From NCBI RefSeq assembly GCF_002571385.2, contig NW_019217845.1, positions 1 through 64,000 of the forward strand: a stretch of DNA of 64,000 nt, read 5' to 3'. The notes beneath the pieces were generated by a model. The model searched no databases and was not told the origin of the DNA. It was given only the letters and a program-made list of their open reading frames with translations. Source of the stretch: Stylophora pistillata. Its lineage: Eukaryota. This document shows, one piece after another, positions 1 to 16,900 of this stretch (position 1 is its first letter; every line of letters begins with the position of its first letter). The translations under genes and the position numbers were made by a program.

Positions 1-192
1 GGTGCAGCTTATCCACAGGTTTTTACGTTATTCTCATTACCCTCATGGTTGATTCAAGAGGTGATGCTACTGGGAGAAATAAGATTCTTGTCACTCGTAG
101 GTTGTGAAGGCTTAAGTACAGGGCTGTAGCCTTTTTGCTGCCATTTGAAAAATTGTCACAAAACCCCCTCAAAATGTTCTTGTCTCTCTCAG

Positions 193-1998
<1,806 letters not shown>

Positions 1999-3475
1999 GA
2001 ATTAGACTTAAACTTGAAAGAATGGCTCAACAATGAAGTTTCTAAGCTACTAGAGTTTAAAATTGTACCAGTGGTGTTCTGAAGCAGCTTGGTTGTTAAG
2101 TTTGTAAGCATGAGAACTGTATTTTTCCATTTCAAATAATTTTTATTAAAATGTTATTGCTATTGAATATGGTTATTACTGACCCGTTAGCCTTAACAAA
2201 ACCAGTTCGACCAGAGTCCTTTGCAGCTGCTCTTTGTAATGTCCCCTGTGTATGAACATTTCTTGTGACCCTGAGGAATGGCTATGAAGCATCCGCCCTC
2301 TAAAGCAGACTGTAATTTGGTCACAGTATGGTTTGCCCTTACAATCAAGCCCTCCCATCCCTTATCTACCTTTACTCATCCCCCCCCCCCATTTCCAGCT
2401 CATCCTTTACTTTTCATGGAGTCAGTTTGATGTGAATTCAAAACGGTTCAAGGAAATGTCATCTAGAGGTACAAGTATGCCACCTAAAGTTTCTTCTAAA
2501 AAAAAAATTGGAGTCTAAGAAATGCCTTTTAATCACTGGTTTAATTTCAAACACCACAAAGTCCTAAATGAACATCAAAACTGAATTCTTGCCCAAGGAG
2601 TAGAAGGGGGCTCATTGGATGTATAGAAGCATTTCATAGTTGGTGAAACTATTTCACATGTTCAAACAATTATCACTATGTTAGATAAACTGTATCTTTG
2701 TTGTCGATTGCAAAATCACACCATCTTGGACTAGGTAAATTAAACTAAACAATAAATGGCCAATTACAAATAATGCAATCATATTCCAATAAAAGCAGGG
2801 TTTCCTTTTTAAATGTGCATAGAGGGGGTGGACTTTAAGGTTAATGGTGCGGTAAGCAAATTGTGAAGTGGTTTATTTATACTGGCCAAATCACACAGTA
2901 CTTGCTCATCATCCAAGCAGTTCAGTTTCTTCACTAATATGAAAAAATAAAACCAAAAAGGCAGTTACAAACAAATCATGTCATAAGAGAGGGCTTGCTT
3001 CCATACTCACAGGAAATTATGTACCTTAATGAACAAAAAATTTCCAATATTAAACTTTTAAATACAACTTACGGTAACTATAAATTGGAACCCAAATGAA
3101 TACTTTAAACACTAGAACCACCATGTCTTGGAGGAAAAAAAGAAACAAAAAAATAACAATCCCCCATGGGTGGAAAACAAACTGAACAGCGGTTTTCAAC
3201 TTAAGTTTCAGCATCATGACAAAAGGAAAAAAAATGCATCAGAATTAAAACTATGAAAGCAAGGTAACCCCTTCATGACAATGACAACCAACTGTCTTGA
3301 CTTTATCTACACTTAAAGAATGCATAACATGAAAATATGGCTGACACTTTGGTGAAATACTTCTTCACCCTCAGTACCAAAAAAAAAAAAAGAGATGAAA
3401 ATGTACAGTTGCTATCTAATTTTACAAAACTCCTTTAAACAAGTGTCAAGTTTGAATGGAATGACTGAAGCTTCT

Positions 3476-6400
3476 TTAATGTTTACGCTGCCTCATAGCA
3501 TATGTATGTTGCTGTTGTTGCTGTTGCTGATCTTGCTGCTGCTGCTGTTGTTGTTGTTGTTGTTGAACTTGTTGTTGTTGTTGAACTTGCTGCTGCTGCT
3601 GTTGTTGTTGTTGTTGTTGTTGTTGTTGCTGCTGGTGTTTCTGAAGCAGTTGCACTGCTGCTGCTGTGTTCCGCTGCAGTGTGACAGTAGTCATCTGCTG
3701 GGGTTGCTGAGACTGCTGTGGTTGTTGCCGAATCTGTGGAGTGCCCAGCTTGACCAAGGACTGAGGAGTCACCGACTTCTTCTGAGCAGTACCTGCCGCC
3801 TGCTGTTGTGCCACAAGAAGCTGAGCCTGAGATGTCATTGGTGTTGTCACTGTAGCAGAGGCAGTAGCCATCTGGCCACCCTGTGCACCTTGAAGACTGG
3901 CCACCCCTCCCACTGCCTTTTGCGGTTGTTGCTGTTGCTGTTGCCTTATTGCCATCTTTTGCATCATCTGGCGTTGTTTAAGTTGTTGTTGTAGTTGCAG
4001 CTGTTGCTGAGGACTTAACTGTGCAATGTTTGGTGTTGCCAGGAGCTGCTGAAATTGCTGTGGGGTGAGTGCAGTAGCCTTCTTCTGCAAAAGGGTTGCT
4101 TGCTGCAGGTTTGCAATCTGCTGCTGTTTCTGTTGTACACCAGGTTGCTGCAATGTGCCTGGTTTTGCAATTGAGCTGGCAGTAGATGCAACAGCACCTT
4201 GTGTCACCTGACCTTGTTTAACTTGTTGAATCTGAAGATGTCGCATCTGATCTAGTTGCACCTTTTTCAATTGCGCCTGTTGTTGTAGTAGTTTTTGTTG
4301 TCGTTGTTTAAACAATGCAACCTGCTGTGGAGTGTACGTAATACCTTGTTGATTTACAAACTGCTGTGGTGATACCGGCAGATTATGACCTGAAATCAGA
4401 AAATGTAAATTATGTCATTTTGAAAACATAGGCAAGCTACACATTCAGGAGTTACTTTTTTTGGATATGTGGGTTGAAATTGTGAAATTTTTTACAGTGA
4501 GCTAGGATTATGTCATAAAATTCAAGTTGTTTACTGGAAAATGGCATTTCATCAAGGAAAGATTAGTCCATAGTCGCGAGTAAAAAGTAAACATGTAATT
4601 GTAGTGGGAAAGTACTGTTTTAATACAATATTTAATTCATGGAGAACTTTTAGAAGCAAAGAAATGGATATTTAACATGGCTGTCATCACAGAAAGTATT
4701 CTGCATTCTGATTGGTGCAAGAATACTCCTATGCTATGATCTGGTTGGTACCTAATAATACCCTAAAGCAGCAATCTGATTAGTTTGTGATGCACCAAAA
4801 AAGCAGCACTCTGATTGGTACATGATACAAACCCTAATGCGGCAATCTGATTGGTTTGTGGTTAATTGGTGCAAGCGACATACCACTCTACACTGACACA
4901 GAGTTATTAGTTTTTTTTTAAATACCTCAAAAATACAATGTCTTCGCCAGATTAACATGGGATAACGAAAAAGAAAAGAATGAGAGGATGTGAGGGAAAA
5001 AGAAAGGGAGAAACAATGAAGGCAGGGAATATATCTTAACATACAACTATACATGGATTATAAAAGTGTCAGTAAAGATAAAAACATACTTGCAGTGACA
5101 ACTGATGGAGTAGTCTGCCTTCCAATCTAAGAAAAAGACAAATAGAGCTGATAAAGAGGGGAGAAAGTTGCTTTTTAGCACAGTATATATACCCATTTGT
5201 TCGTCTGACACACACACAATGGGAATCTATTTGGGAATCACTGAACATGCTGAGTAGATTACAAGGTTTCCTACCTGACTGACCACAGCTGATGATGATG
5301 ATGCCGATGTCATGCTGGTTGTGGCACCTAGTGTAAGTGATGTTGCTGTGCTTGACGCCAGAGAACTACTCACTTGACGTGGCTGAGTCTGCAGTAATCT
5401 TGTTGTGGCTACACCAGCTGAAGACACCTTCTGGAAAACAACAACAACAAAAAATAATTTCAATTAAGGGCCAGGTTTCACTAGAGCTAATTCAGATATT
5501 TCCCCAAAAATTTGAAAAATGTTCACACTAAAATTTTGACAATGGTGGCATCAAACTAAAATCCTTTGATCAAAACTTCACTGATTGATTCATATGTCAT
5601 TCACAAACCCATCCCACTCTAAAAACTAAATAGAAAAAATAGTGCACGAATTGCTATGGATCAATGGATCTTTTTTCCAACTCCTCTTATGCGTTTTGGT
5701 TGCACGCTTCCAACAGAAGGAGAATTTCTCGTTCAAGCCATATGTTCTCTAAACTGTTGCCAGTATAACTGAAACCAGGGTATGAGTCACAAAGATTTGA
5801 ATTAAAGCAGTGCTCAGTCATTTCCCTCAAACGAAAAAGGGTCAGATGGATGACAAATGTGCTGCTGTTGCACACCAAACTAGATGAGCAGACTAAAACA
5901 TTTTTTGTTCCCAGTGAAACTTTATCCAGGCATATCTTACATATCATGACAGCTTAATGGTTAAAAGAAAACCTGATTGTTTGTTTTGCCAAAATATTAT
6001 TTGGATGCTCTGAGGCAGGACATCAGGCTCTTTGAGGATTGACAAAAATTTGGCAATTTGCAAATATTTGGTATGACTTTCAAATTGGGGGTTGCACTCA
6101 CTCTTGTTGACAAAATTTTTCACTAAAGATCTATTGCAGCCTGGGCCTAACAAACAGATTCTCTATTGCTGACTGTCTGTAAATTTTAGATCACATATAA
6201 TGTCAAAATGTGATAAGAACAAAAACGTGGCACATGACACCCACCTAAGTGTGTCTTTAATGTTCTTACCACATTTTGCCGTCTTATGTCCTCTATGATT
6301 GAACAGACCCACAATAACATGGGGTCTATTTGATATATTTTATACTATTTAAAAATGAGAACTGTCAGTGATAATGTCATCCAAAACTCACAGTTTGCAC

Positions 6401-9400
6401 TTGAACAAGAGGGGTTGGCAGTTTTCCTTGCATCCTTTTGTTGATGGTAGCAAATGAAGAAGATGCAATGGAGCTCAGACCTGCTGCATTACCCTTATGT
6501 GTATTAACCACAATGCTGGATGCAGTCCCAGTTGGAACCGTCTGACCTGTGAGCACAATACCAGGAGCTGTCAAATGAACAACAATCAGTAAGAAGTAGT
6601 CCTTGTACATGAGCCAGTCAGTTAGTTTAATGACTGGTTATTTTGTTAAACTAAACTCCCAGAAGTAATTAACCAGTAACTTCTCCCCATAATATCATTA
6701 CATTATCCAATAAACAGGTAAGGAGAATACTCAAACTTATCAGGTACTGTAGAAGTTGTTAACTTGATCAAACACCAAATTCGCCTAACAAGGAAACATG
6801 CAGCAGGTAGAGGGGATAATTAACAATGATCATATCTTACGAGTTGAAGCCACGAACCTGACAAGCTCTTCTAGTCAGCTAAACAGCCCACAATCTTTTG
6901 ATAATGACTTACAGAGCTAACAAAATTCCAAACTGTACCGACCTGATGTCTTGAGTAAAGTTGTTGCAGGTGTGGTTCCTGTAGCTCCCTGAAGAGTTGC
7001 ACTTTTCTGAAGTGCTGCTGCTGCCTGAAATATATAGTGTAATTCATATAATATTCCTCAAGATACATGCCATCAGTTTCATAAGAGTCCCTGTTGAAAG
7101 TGGATGGCACCATCCACTGAATAAATTGCCTCCTATAAAACACGGGTTTAGAAACTACAGGCCCATTAATTCAATAAAATTTAGCTGTTGTTTAACAGAA
7201 CAGCCTAAACTATATTGAATTTGGCTAAATCTTTACCCTGAATGTCTATTTTTTTTGTGAACAATGTCAAGGGGGCTGAAAGTAAGCAGTGTACGAAAAT
7301 CTATTTAATGACAACAGCCCGGGTGCCCTCTTATAGAAAATACATAAGGCGATCTGATTGCAAAAAACCGCAGTTTGGGTTAGACCTTGTTTAAATAAAC
7401 GACCCTACATGTACATGATTTATCCCAGATCTAGCAATTTAAATGTCTACGAAGATGTGTTAGAGGAATGAAATGTAACTTACTGCTACAGATGTGGAGT
7501 TCAGTTGAGTGGTAGTGGTCAATTTTTGCGCTGGCAGTGACTGCACACTGGCTGGCAACTGTTTGGTTGCAGTCTGTTGTGGAAGCTGGGAGCTCTGTGG
7601 TTGTTGTAATTGTGCNNNNNNNNNNNNNNNNNNNNNNNNNNNNNNNNNNNNNNNNNNNNNNNNNNNNNNNNNNNNNNNNNNNNNNNNNNNNNNNNNNNNN
7701 NNNNNNNNNNNNNNNNNNNNNNNNNNNNNNNNNNNNNNNNNNNAAAATGAAAAACACAGGTCTGATCAAAAACCAACTGTATCAAATCCAGGCCTTGATT
7801 CAGTGATCTGATATATGCTTTTCTCTTCTGAGAGAAATGTTTCCTTTGCTTTTCAAATCAACAATGCACACCCACACCCTCTTCCTCCAGTCCCTGTAAA
7901 TGGCTTTTCAAGGGACAAGGGACAAGTGACTAACACTTGATCAACAGACTAGACAATAAAAAGGTTATTGCACTATAGAATATTACAAATTCTAAAGTTT
8001 TTCTTCTCCCTTTCAAAAAAAAAATAACTGCAATCACTGCCTTTTATCTTCCAAGTCAGAGAAGTTTTCAGACCATGATTTTCACTCTCTTATTTGAAGT
8101 TTAAGATTACTCAGGAACATGAGGGAAAAATACTTTATTGTGATGTATTCTCACATGGAATAGTGCAAGACAATTGACAATTGGGCACGTTTATGTATAA
8201 GAAATACTGTAAACAAACAAGATGAAACAAACTACTATAGCTTTAAAACACTGCAGGAAAAAGCACCACAAGTTACTTACAGCATTTTGAGCAGCTGCTG
8301 CTTTTTCTCTGGCAATTCGTTCTGCTTTCAGGGTAGCCAACTGAACTGGGTTCAAAGTCTTCTCCTCTGATATACCACTTGGAGAGCAGAAAATAAGAGT
8401 CATCAACAATGAAATATTTTGTAACTGACTTGGATTTTTATTGCTCATACAGGATTCCTACAGGAACGGGGCTTAATTTCATCAAACAGAGCTGGTCAAC
8501 TTTTGTACAGTGCTTTGACAAATTAATCAAGAACTCTTTAACCCTTTGATCTCAAAGAGCAAGGCTGTGCTCTAAGGAAAACTGAATGGAGCCCAGTGCT
8601 TTGAAACTGTGAAATCCAGGGTGCCCAGCATATGCTTTGTATGAAAAAACTAAAATTCCTAAGGCACCAGGGGCCACCGGGCACTGCTAGACCAAAGCCT
8701 TGAAGAGTGACTAACATTTAATTTCTCTTTACAATTTCACCCCCCCCCCCCCAATCACACAGGTAGCAAGAATAAAGGAAAGGCTTGATACTCAAAGAAG
8801 CTCTTGATTGTTAAACAAATTCTCCTTGTCAGCACCTTAGAAACCATGTGGAAAACAGTAAGGAGAATAGGCACACTGATATTAGAGCATAAAGTGTTAC
8901 CAGATTAAAACTGTCAGAGTCACTCATTAAGTGGTAAAGTTGCTTTTTACCTGGCCCTTAATATAGCAGAATGTGTGAAATTCTTTAGTTGCGGATCCAC
9001 CAACCTAAGAGTAAAAAATATGACAATTTAACAAAAAGGGACACTTGATGGAAAAAAAAAATCGTGTCATAAAACTGCTGTAAATTCTGACTAAACAAAT
9101 TACAACATAAATAAGAAAAGATAGCATGACAGTGAAATGAGCCCAGACTGTTTGTTCAGAGATCATACCATCTGACAGAGTAACAGCATTCTACAACAAA
9201 GAGCTTAAGGTGCCTTGTAGCTTTGTCTCCCAAACTCACTACTGTTCCTTTTACCTTCACTTTTTCTTTTATCTCAGTCTATCTTTTTTTCAGCAACAGA
9301 ATTATAAATTACTTACCTATGTTTTTATCATTCTGTCTCAAGATCAGCTGAATAGTAAATGCTATGTAGAAGCTTTTTAATAAGCTGTTTGGTATCATAA

Positions 9401-12400
9401 AATTGTTACATGAATTTAAATGAAGGTCTGATTTGACTGATCAAAGGAAACTGTTCATTGAGTAAGGTGCTTTCCTATTGTAGATCACAGCTTATAACAT
9501 GCAAAAATTATTGACTGCTAGTATTAGATTCCTAAATTCACACACTTGATTTTTTGAAAAAAAAATATATATATATATACAGTCAACAGGGTTGATCTCA
9601 TAAAAAAAATGGCGATGAAATGTAATGAAAAATCAAGTAAGAGAATGAGATTCTCACATTTGCCTGAGAGGTGGTTTTCTCTTTTGTGAAGTGCGTTTCA
9701 CAAGTTCAAACACAGATGATCGTACAACAGTTGGTGAGCGGCCACCATCTTGAGCCAGTATATGATGTGTCTTGAATGATCTTCCATTTGTGCCTTTAAT
9801 CTGATGAATGAAATGAGAATTAATAGTGCCATAAAAAATTGACTTCTTGTTGGTACTGTGAAGGTCATGTGTACTAATTGACTCAAGTAGATCAGTATTA
9901 TAGGGAAGTGTATTAATTTTGTAATTTGGTGTAATTTGGATTGAAATCCTGTGCACACACAGCAAGATTGATTTGAGGCCTTGCAAATGATTTCAGAACA
10001 AAATTGCAGAACAAGTTCAACGTCCAGTTTGTAATAAATTGATGCACATTTTGAAATTGAACAATATCATAGCCTGAATTTAGGATTTCGATGAGTACCA
10101 CCGTTGTATTGATCCAAAAGCAAAAAAAAGACCAGATAAGAAAAAAAAAAAAAAAAAGGAAAAAACTCTGAGTTGAGAAAAAAAGGCATTCTACAAAATC
10201 TGAAATCTGACTGATTGTTTTGTTTGAGTGTTCCATTTCATTGGCCAGAAAAATACAAGATTTAGGGCCATATGAAATAAACTGAACTGTTGAGAGCCAA
10301 TCATATGGCTAGGATTACCACTGATTTTGCTGTGTATGTAATAACTTCACATAAATGACTGTGTTTGTTCACCTTGACTGGTAGACTGTGAGGTTGGGTA
10401 ATGTAAGGCTGAGAAAATGACTTCAACCTTGTCTTCAGCTTCTTCAAGCTCTCCTCTACTACAGGCTAATCGTCCGGTAACAAACAATGACAAAAAGTAC
10501 ATTATTAGACATTTCGTTAACCAAGCTAGAAAATAAATGATCCTTGTAAATTTCCAGCTTCTTTTTTGCAATAGCTAAAATCACAGTCCACCTTCCAGGA
10601 CCCCATTTTTTTATTTCATCCATGGGTCAAATGGAAATTATTTAATAATTAGTTGTGAACAAATTGCTCAGCAGGAATGAAGAACTCTTAAAACTTTATC
10701 TCACTCCCAACATCTGGTTTGGTGGCTCAGTTGATAGCAGGGCCCAACTAGTATCTCGGAGGCATGGGTTCAAGTTCCATCTAAACCTAATTTTATCAGG
10801 CTCCTCTTCAGCAATTTCTTAAATTGCATTCCTTTTACAAGGATCATTTCTTTGCTTAAGGGCTAAGGGCTTAAGGGCCAACGCTCGAAACGTCAGCTTT
10901 TCTAATGGTTACGGTGGCCAATTTACCACTTCAACTTTGTTGATATATCCAAATTATTTCTTTGCTTAGTTTTCATCTACAGGTCACATGAGAATTAATA
11001 ATGATAATAATAATGATCATAATAATTATAATAATAATAATAACAATTTAATAATTTACTGACTTATATTGTGCAATTATCAATACAAAAACTTTCAATT
11101 GCACATTACAAGTTGTTACCCTGAATTAAGTTGACCAGAATTAACCTACTTCTCTTTTGTTTTTACCAGGGTCCTTAGTTTCAGTTAAATCCAACTTTGG
11201 TCTGCTGAAATGAATAATAAGGAGAAAAAAGGAGAAAAAGGGAGACTGGCTCTTACCAAGGGAACTTTCCCCTCCTCTCTGGGAATTATCATGTTCATGT
11301 AGCGATCACGGCACTGAAAAAAATGAATTTAAAAGTTCAGCACAATGGCTGCTGTTGTACAAATGAAACTACATATAAAGGAAAAATCTAATATGGAATT
11401 AATCAAAAGACATATGACCTGTATGGATTTCCTCTCGCTCATGATGCACAGAGCTACTACTTACAATCAGTATGATAATTATTCTTTTTGGCATAATCTG
11501 CTAATTTTCCTGCCCAATTATAAAGTGAAATTTGATTCTCACAATCCAACAAAGTCACAAGGGCTTACCTGTCGAGCTGAGCGGAATGTTCGACTTGTGA
11601 GATTGACAATGTCGCAGACAATGTCCCAGTTGGGTGTTTGACTTGGAACATTTACGGCAAGATCCACTGGTAATTCTTGTAATGAATTAACAGCCTTTGA
11701 AATGAATTGGAGAGAAAAGGTTGGCAATTTGAGTGACTTCAGTCTGAAGCTGCTAAAAATGGCAATGGTGGATAGTTAATGTTACACATCAGAATAACAT
11801 TTCAAGGAAGTTACGGCAAATACCTGTAATAAAGCCCAGTCTTCATGGATTAACCATTCTGGAACTCCAGTACCCTTTAGAGAGATACTTAACAACTGTA
11901 ATACTCACTTACAAATGGTACTTAGGTTTGCATTAATTATGATGAAAGTAGCAACAAACTATTTAATAAAGCAATCTGGATAAATTGATCTTGGGTTGCA
12001 CCAATAATATCGAGGGAACAAGGAATGGCTGCAAAAACTTTGGTTCATACCTTGTCAAAACCACTTTATTGTGTTCTTAAGTCAGGCAACTTTATAGTCA
12101 CATTGTCCTTCCCCACCCAAGGGTATAATAGGGCACTGGCAAAAATCATCACTGAAAACTTACAAAATCTTGAAGGGTAACATGCAATGGGCAAGAGCCC
12201 CAGCAAGGGAATTAGAGGCAATTCTAGCTAGCTTCTTACAGTCACCACATTATGTACCTGGGAATAGTCTGCTTGTTTCACTATACTGGGTGCAACTTGC
12301 TGCTTCATGTGTTTCATTTTTGACTTCTTACTCAGTGAACTGCGACGAGCTCTGGCAAATGGATCATATCCATTTCTGTCAAATACTGATGTAGGTCGGC

Positions 12401-13909
12401 TGACACGATCTCTGTATCAGAAGGAGTAAAAAATTTATAAGGAAAAACATTTTCATATCATTTGAAACATGTTCTCACCCTTTGCTCCTTTGCAGTTGAG
12501 ATGAGAGGGGAGGGGGGGGGAGGGGAAACAAAGTAACAATTCTGAAAAAAAACAGCAAACAGGTTAAGTCTAAACAAGCTAAGTGGCCAACAAATGCCAG
12601 CAAAATCTTGTGTCTGTAGCAAACAATATACAGATTTAGCCAAGCCTAAAAGCAGAGCTTGCATTTTTTTTCCCCCCCTCACATCTCAAGGGCACAATGC
12701 CTTGCCTTATATACTGGGTAACTGTATTGCTGTAATAGCTTTATGTGTGTTTTAGCTTAGTATAATTCTATTTGTACTATATTAGGGTGTGTGTGTGTGT
12801 GTGTGTGTGTGCGTCTTTTTTTCTTTTTTATTATTTTCTATTTTTCCTCTTAATTTCTACTTTGAATGTAAACGTAAGAAAATGCTTTAAATAAATTTAT
12901 TAAAAAAAAATTAAACAAAAAAAAACACCTTGCCCCTGCCAGGACTTGAACCTGGGTCACGCGACCCAGAGCCCAGTGCACTGACCACTGGACTACTGGA
13001 CAAAGCTGTGGCATTTGCATACCCGCGGTACATTTGACAGCACATGCTAAAAGTAGCACCTTGTACGGACACCCGTACAGTCATAAGTCCAAATTTTTTC
13101 GGCTTGGTGGGTTATTACTACCATTTTGTTTAATTATGGGGCTTTGCTGCACACACTGTGTGTACTCCAAGCTCTGCTTTTACACTGAAAAAAGAGAGAA
13201 AGCTAACAAAGATGATCGATTCAAACTACTAGTAGTTTACCTCATAATAATGACNNNNNNNNNNNNNNNNNNNNNNNNNNNNNNNNNNNNNNNNNNNNNN
13301 NNNNNNNNNNNNNNNNNNNNNNNNNNNNNNNNNNNNNNNNNNNNNNNNNNNNNNNNNNNNNNNNNNNNNNNNNNNNNNNNNNNNNNNNNNNNNNNNNNNN
13401 NNNNNNNNNNNNNNNNNNNNNNNNNNNNNNNNNNNNNNNNNNNNNNNNNNNNNNNNNNNNNNNNNNNNNNNNNNNNNNNNNNNNNNNNNNNNNNNNNNNN
13501 NNNNNNNNNNNNNNNNNNNNNNNNNNNNNNNNNNNNNNNNNNNNNNNNNNNNNNNNNNNNNNNNNNNNNNNNNNNNNNNNNNNNNNNNNNNNNNNNNNNN
13601 NNNNNNNNNNNNNNNNNNNNNNNNNNNNNNNNNNNNNNNNNNNNNNNNNNNNNNNNNNNNNNNNNNNNNNNNNNNNNNNNNNNNNGGCAGGGACACCGCA
13701 ACAGCTTGCGCCAATTACTGCAGACCCAGAAAACCCACCCATCCCAACCCAGGGGAGGACATCCACCACACAGTAATCTCGTGCATGGGAAATTAACATC
13801 TCCTACCCCTAACTCTGCAGGAGATGCGGCCTACGGTTTATTCGTCCTTATCCGAGAAGACTAGAATATCTATCCATTTCTTGATATTATAGAAAGGTAG
13901 CAAATTCTT

Positions 13910-13941
<32 letters not shown>

Positions 13942-16900
13942 AGCTGGGCTTGAACCCTGGACCTCCCGCAAAACAGTCTGGCGTTTTGTTAATGTCGGGA
14001 GCTAGAGGCCATCTGGATTTAACTTGTACTGTATTCTATTGGTTAAGATTTCGAAAGCACCCAAGAGAAGTTGCCTTCACTGCTAATAAACTTGCCTGGT
14101 GCCCAGCCTTTAAAAAATAAACCCATTGTGCGATGTACTTCAGTCTCATAACTACTTACTTGGTCAAATAAAGAGGTGGGAGACGGTTTGTTGCCATAGG
14201 TGATGTCTCGTACAAGAATGCCAAGGTTGGGTCCACATATATTTCATCTTGTCCATCCCGGGGAGGGGTGGGTGGGGTCCAGATCTGCAAGAGAGAATTC
14301 ATGGTGGACTCACTTACCCCTGATTGGTCATCATAGGAAATTGTTTTTGTATGTTACTTTATTGGAAGAACTCTTTCTACACTCTATGTAAACACTGTGT
14401 TTATAATGCAAAAGAAAATCCACACAGCAGAAAGCATTTAACCCTTTGACCCCAAAGAGTGACCAGCATCTAATTTCTCCTTACAATATCACCCATCAAT
14501 CCCTTATTTAGGTCATGAGAACAAAGGAAATGATCACCAACTAAAGAAGCTCTGATTGTTGAACAAATTCTCCTCACCAGCTTCTTAGGAAATGACTTGA
14601 GAACAGTATGGAGAATATGCATACTGGTGTTCAGGTGTAACGGGATAATGGTGAATTTAATACTTCATAATCAAGCAGAAAGTATAAGTAAGAAATATGT
14701 TTATGCCACGAAAGGCTCCCTTCTCTGTGCATGCCATAGGCTGTGATCAGTTGCATAATCTCTGATTTTTGATGACATTTACAAAGTTGTACGAAAGTTG
14801 AGGCAATACAACTCCATCATGCTTACAATAGGTCATTTTACAGTTGTGTACTTTGTTGCCAAGCCTTTGATTCAGAGTGAGGCTGAAGGTGACCTTGTTG
14901 TGATAGAGACCTGTATCTACTTAGCATGATAACAAAGTGATTTACATTTGAAAGGCAGCAAGGTTTGTATCATAACAAGGTCACCCCTAGCCTCACTCCC
15001 ATTCAAAGGCTTGGCAACCAAGCACACAACTGTAAAATGGACTATTATCTAACCACTTTCCTTACAGAGCTGTCTTTATCTGCTAAATGAGTGGTGCATA
15101 CAAATTCTAAACGATTCAATACTTACTGGCATCTCTTCGCCAGTAGCATCATTTACATACACCTGATGAAAACAATGATAAGACCCCACTAATCAATCAC
15201 TCTCCAACTGATACTAAACTCATCTAATATTATCACCAATTTGCCAATTATTAAAGAGTGGAGAATGCTAGCAATTGGATAAGTCTCTGTCAGGGCCCAG
15301 TTTTTCAAAGAGCAGCTAATGCTATCCAACAGATAAAACACTCTCCAGTGGATATGTGTTTAAAGATGTGCTACCCTCTCCACTGGATAGAGATTTCTCC
15401 AGTGGATAGTGCCATCCAACCTTTGAACAACTGGGGCCTGGTGGAGAACACATGATTAACTACACTGGGTAGCAAGTTATCCCTTGAATAGTGTTATATA
15501 CCATTGAATAACTGGGCTCAGATTGATAACAACAAGTGGTCCAATTAAATTGCAGCAGCTCGATTCGTGTGTGCATACACAAGTGTGAAACAGAGGGAAT
15601 TTCTCTCTATACAATATTCAAACTATCCCACTGAAAATGTTACAAAACTACTGATTCACAAGCCAGCTGTGGGTTCAAGAAGATAAGAAGCACTTGTGAA
15701 CTTTGGGGAGTGCTCAAGAAGCTAGAGTTGCTCTTAGCTGTAACTCCACCAACTCTCATGTATGTTTGTCTTCAAAATTCCCACATGCTTCATATCTTGA
15801 TAGATGCATGTTGAGGTATGAGCCCATTGTTACCCTTAGCAGAGTACATCAAATTGCTCTGGTCAATAAGCAAGTTGTTCTTAAAAGAAATTCTATAGTC
15901 TACACAACACCAAATCAAAAGACAGAGCAATTTGCAAAATTTCATGTGAAAAAGGACTGGTTCATTAAGGGTGCTGCTCCAAATAGGAGCACTCTTTAGG
16001 AATTTCTTCCCCTCCCCCCCCCTTGCACAAGGTCTCTGTTTCATCCTCCATGACATCACAGACACCTCTTCCACTTCTGAAGCTCAATTCCTCTTTGACA
16101 ACCAAACAAAGGACAAGGACATTAACATCCACATACTGAAGCTGTAACTTTACCTCCAAACACTGTTCAAGATGTGTGAAAGAAAAGAAATGCTTTTGCT
16201 ATTATATAGACATTAATGAAATACCATGTGGGGTTTTGCACACCATGATATCTTCCACACATCAAAAGAACACCCCTGTTATGGTTGCATAATAAATTGC
16301 GCCTTTCACAAATTGAAATGGTTTGGTTTGGTATTTCATTATTGATATAACAAATCAGATCCTTACATGAATGAGCAGGATACCAAATTTCTTTCATCCA
16401 GTTAAATCTTTCACTTGTTTTCTGCACTCACTTGGAGAAAAATTTCATATCTCCCCCTCCCCCCCCCCCCCAAACAAATGTAAAATCCTCTACCAACATA
16501 AAATAGGGAAAGGGAAGGAACAGAGGAGGGGGGGAGGGAGTTAAGGATAAGCCAGTAGCTCTGTGTGGCTGTTCAGCAGATTTGGTTCCAAAGTGCCTTG
16601 AAATGCCTGTCACTTTTCTACCTTCTCTTGATTGGATGGATGGCGTAAGGCTAGCATGCAGTAACAATGAACCGCAGAGTGCTACTCCTACAAGACCACA
16701 GAGATGTATTATTAGGCTTACTCTGGTGTCAACAAGTTTTGAGAGCCAGTGGAAAGAGTTCACATGACTCAATGTTGAAAAGTAATTTTAGACACACAGT
16801 TATAAGTCTGGTCGGTTAGGTGTTATAACTGTTGCTGTTACTGCAAACCAAAGAATCAAATGCCACATTAAAAAAAAAAAACAAAAAAATTCCATCAAAG

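Noticed and set aside
3395-3994. 199-aa poly-Leu ORF on the + strand
   Set aside because: Antisense shadow of the domino poly-Q (CAA/CAG) exon.
4700-4875. Cluster of CTGATTGG (CCAAT-box) motifs
   Set aside because: Intronic, near the 3' end of domino, and resembling decayed repeat sequence; no other promoter evidence.
13034-13864. Long ORFs spanning N runs (also 7431-7811 and 53480-54156)
   Set aside because: Open only because of assembly gaps or palindromic repeat sequence.
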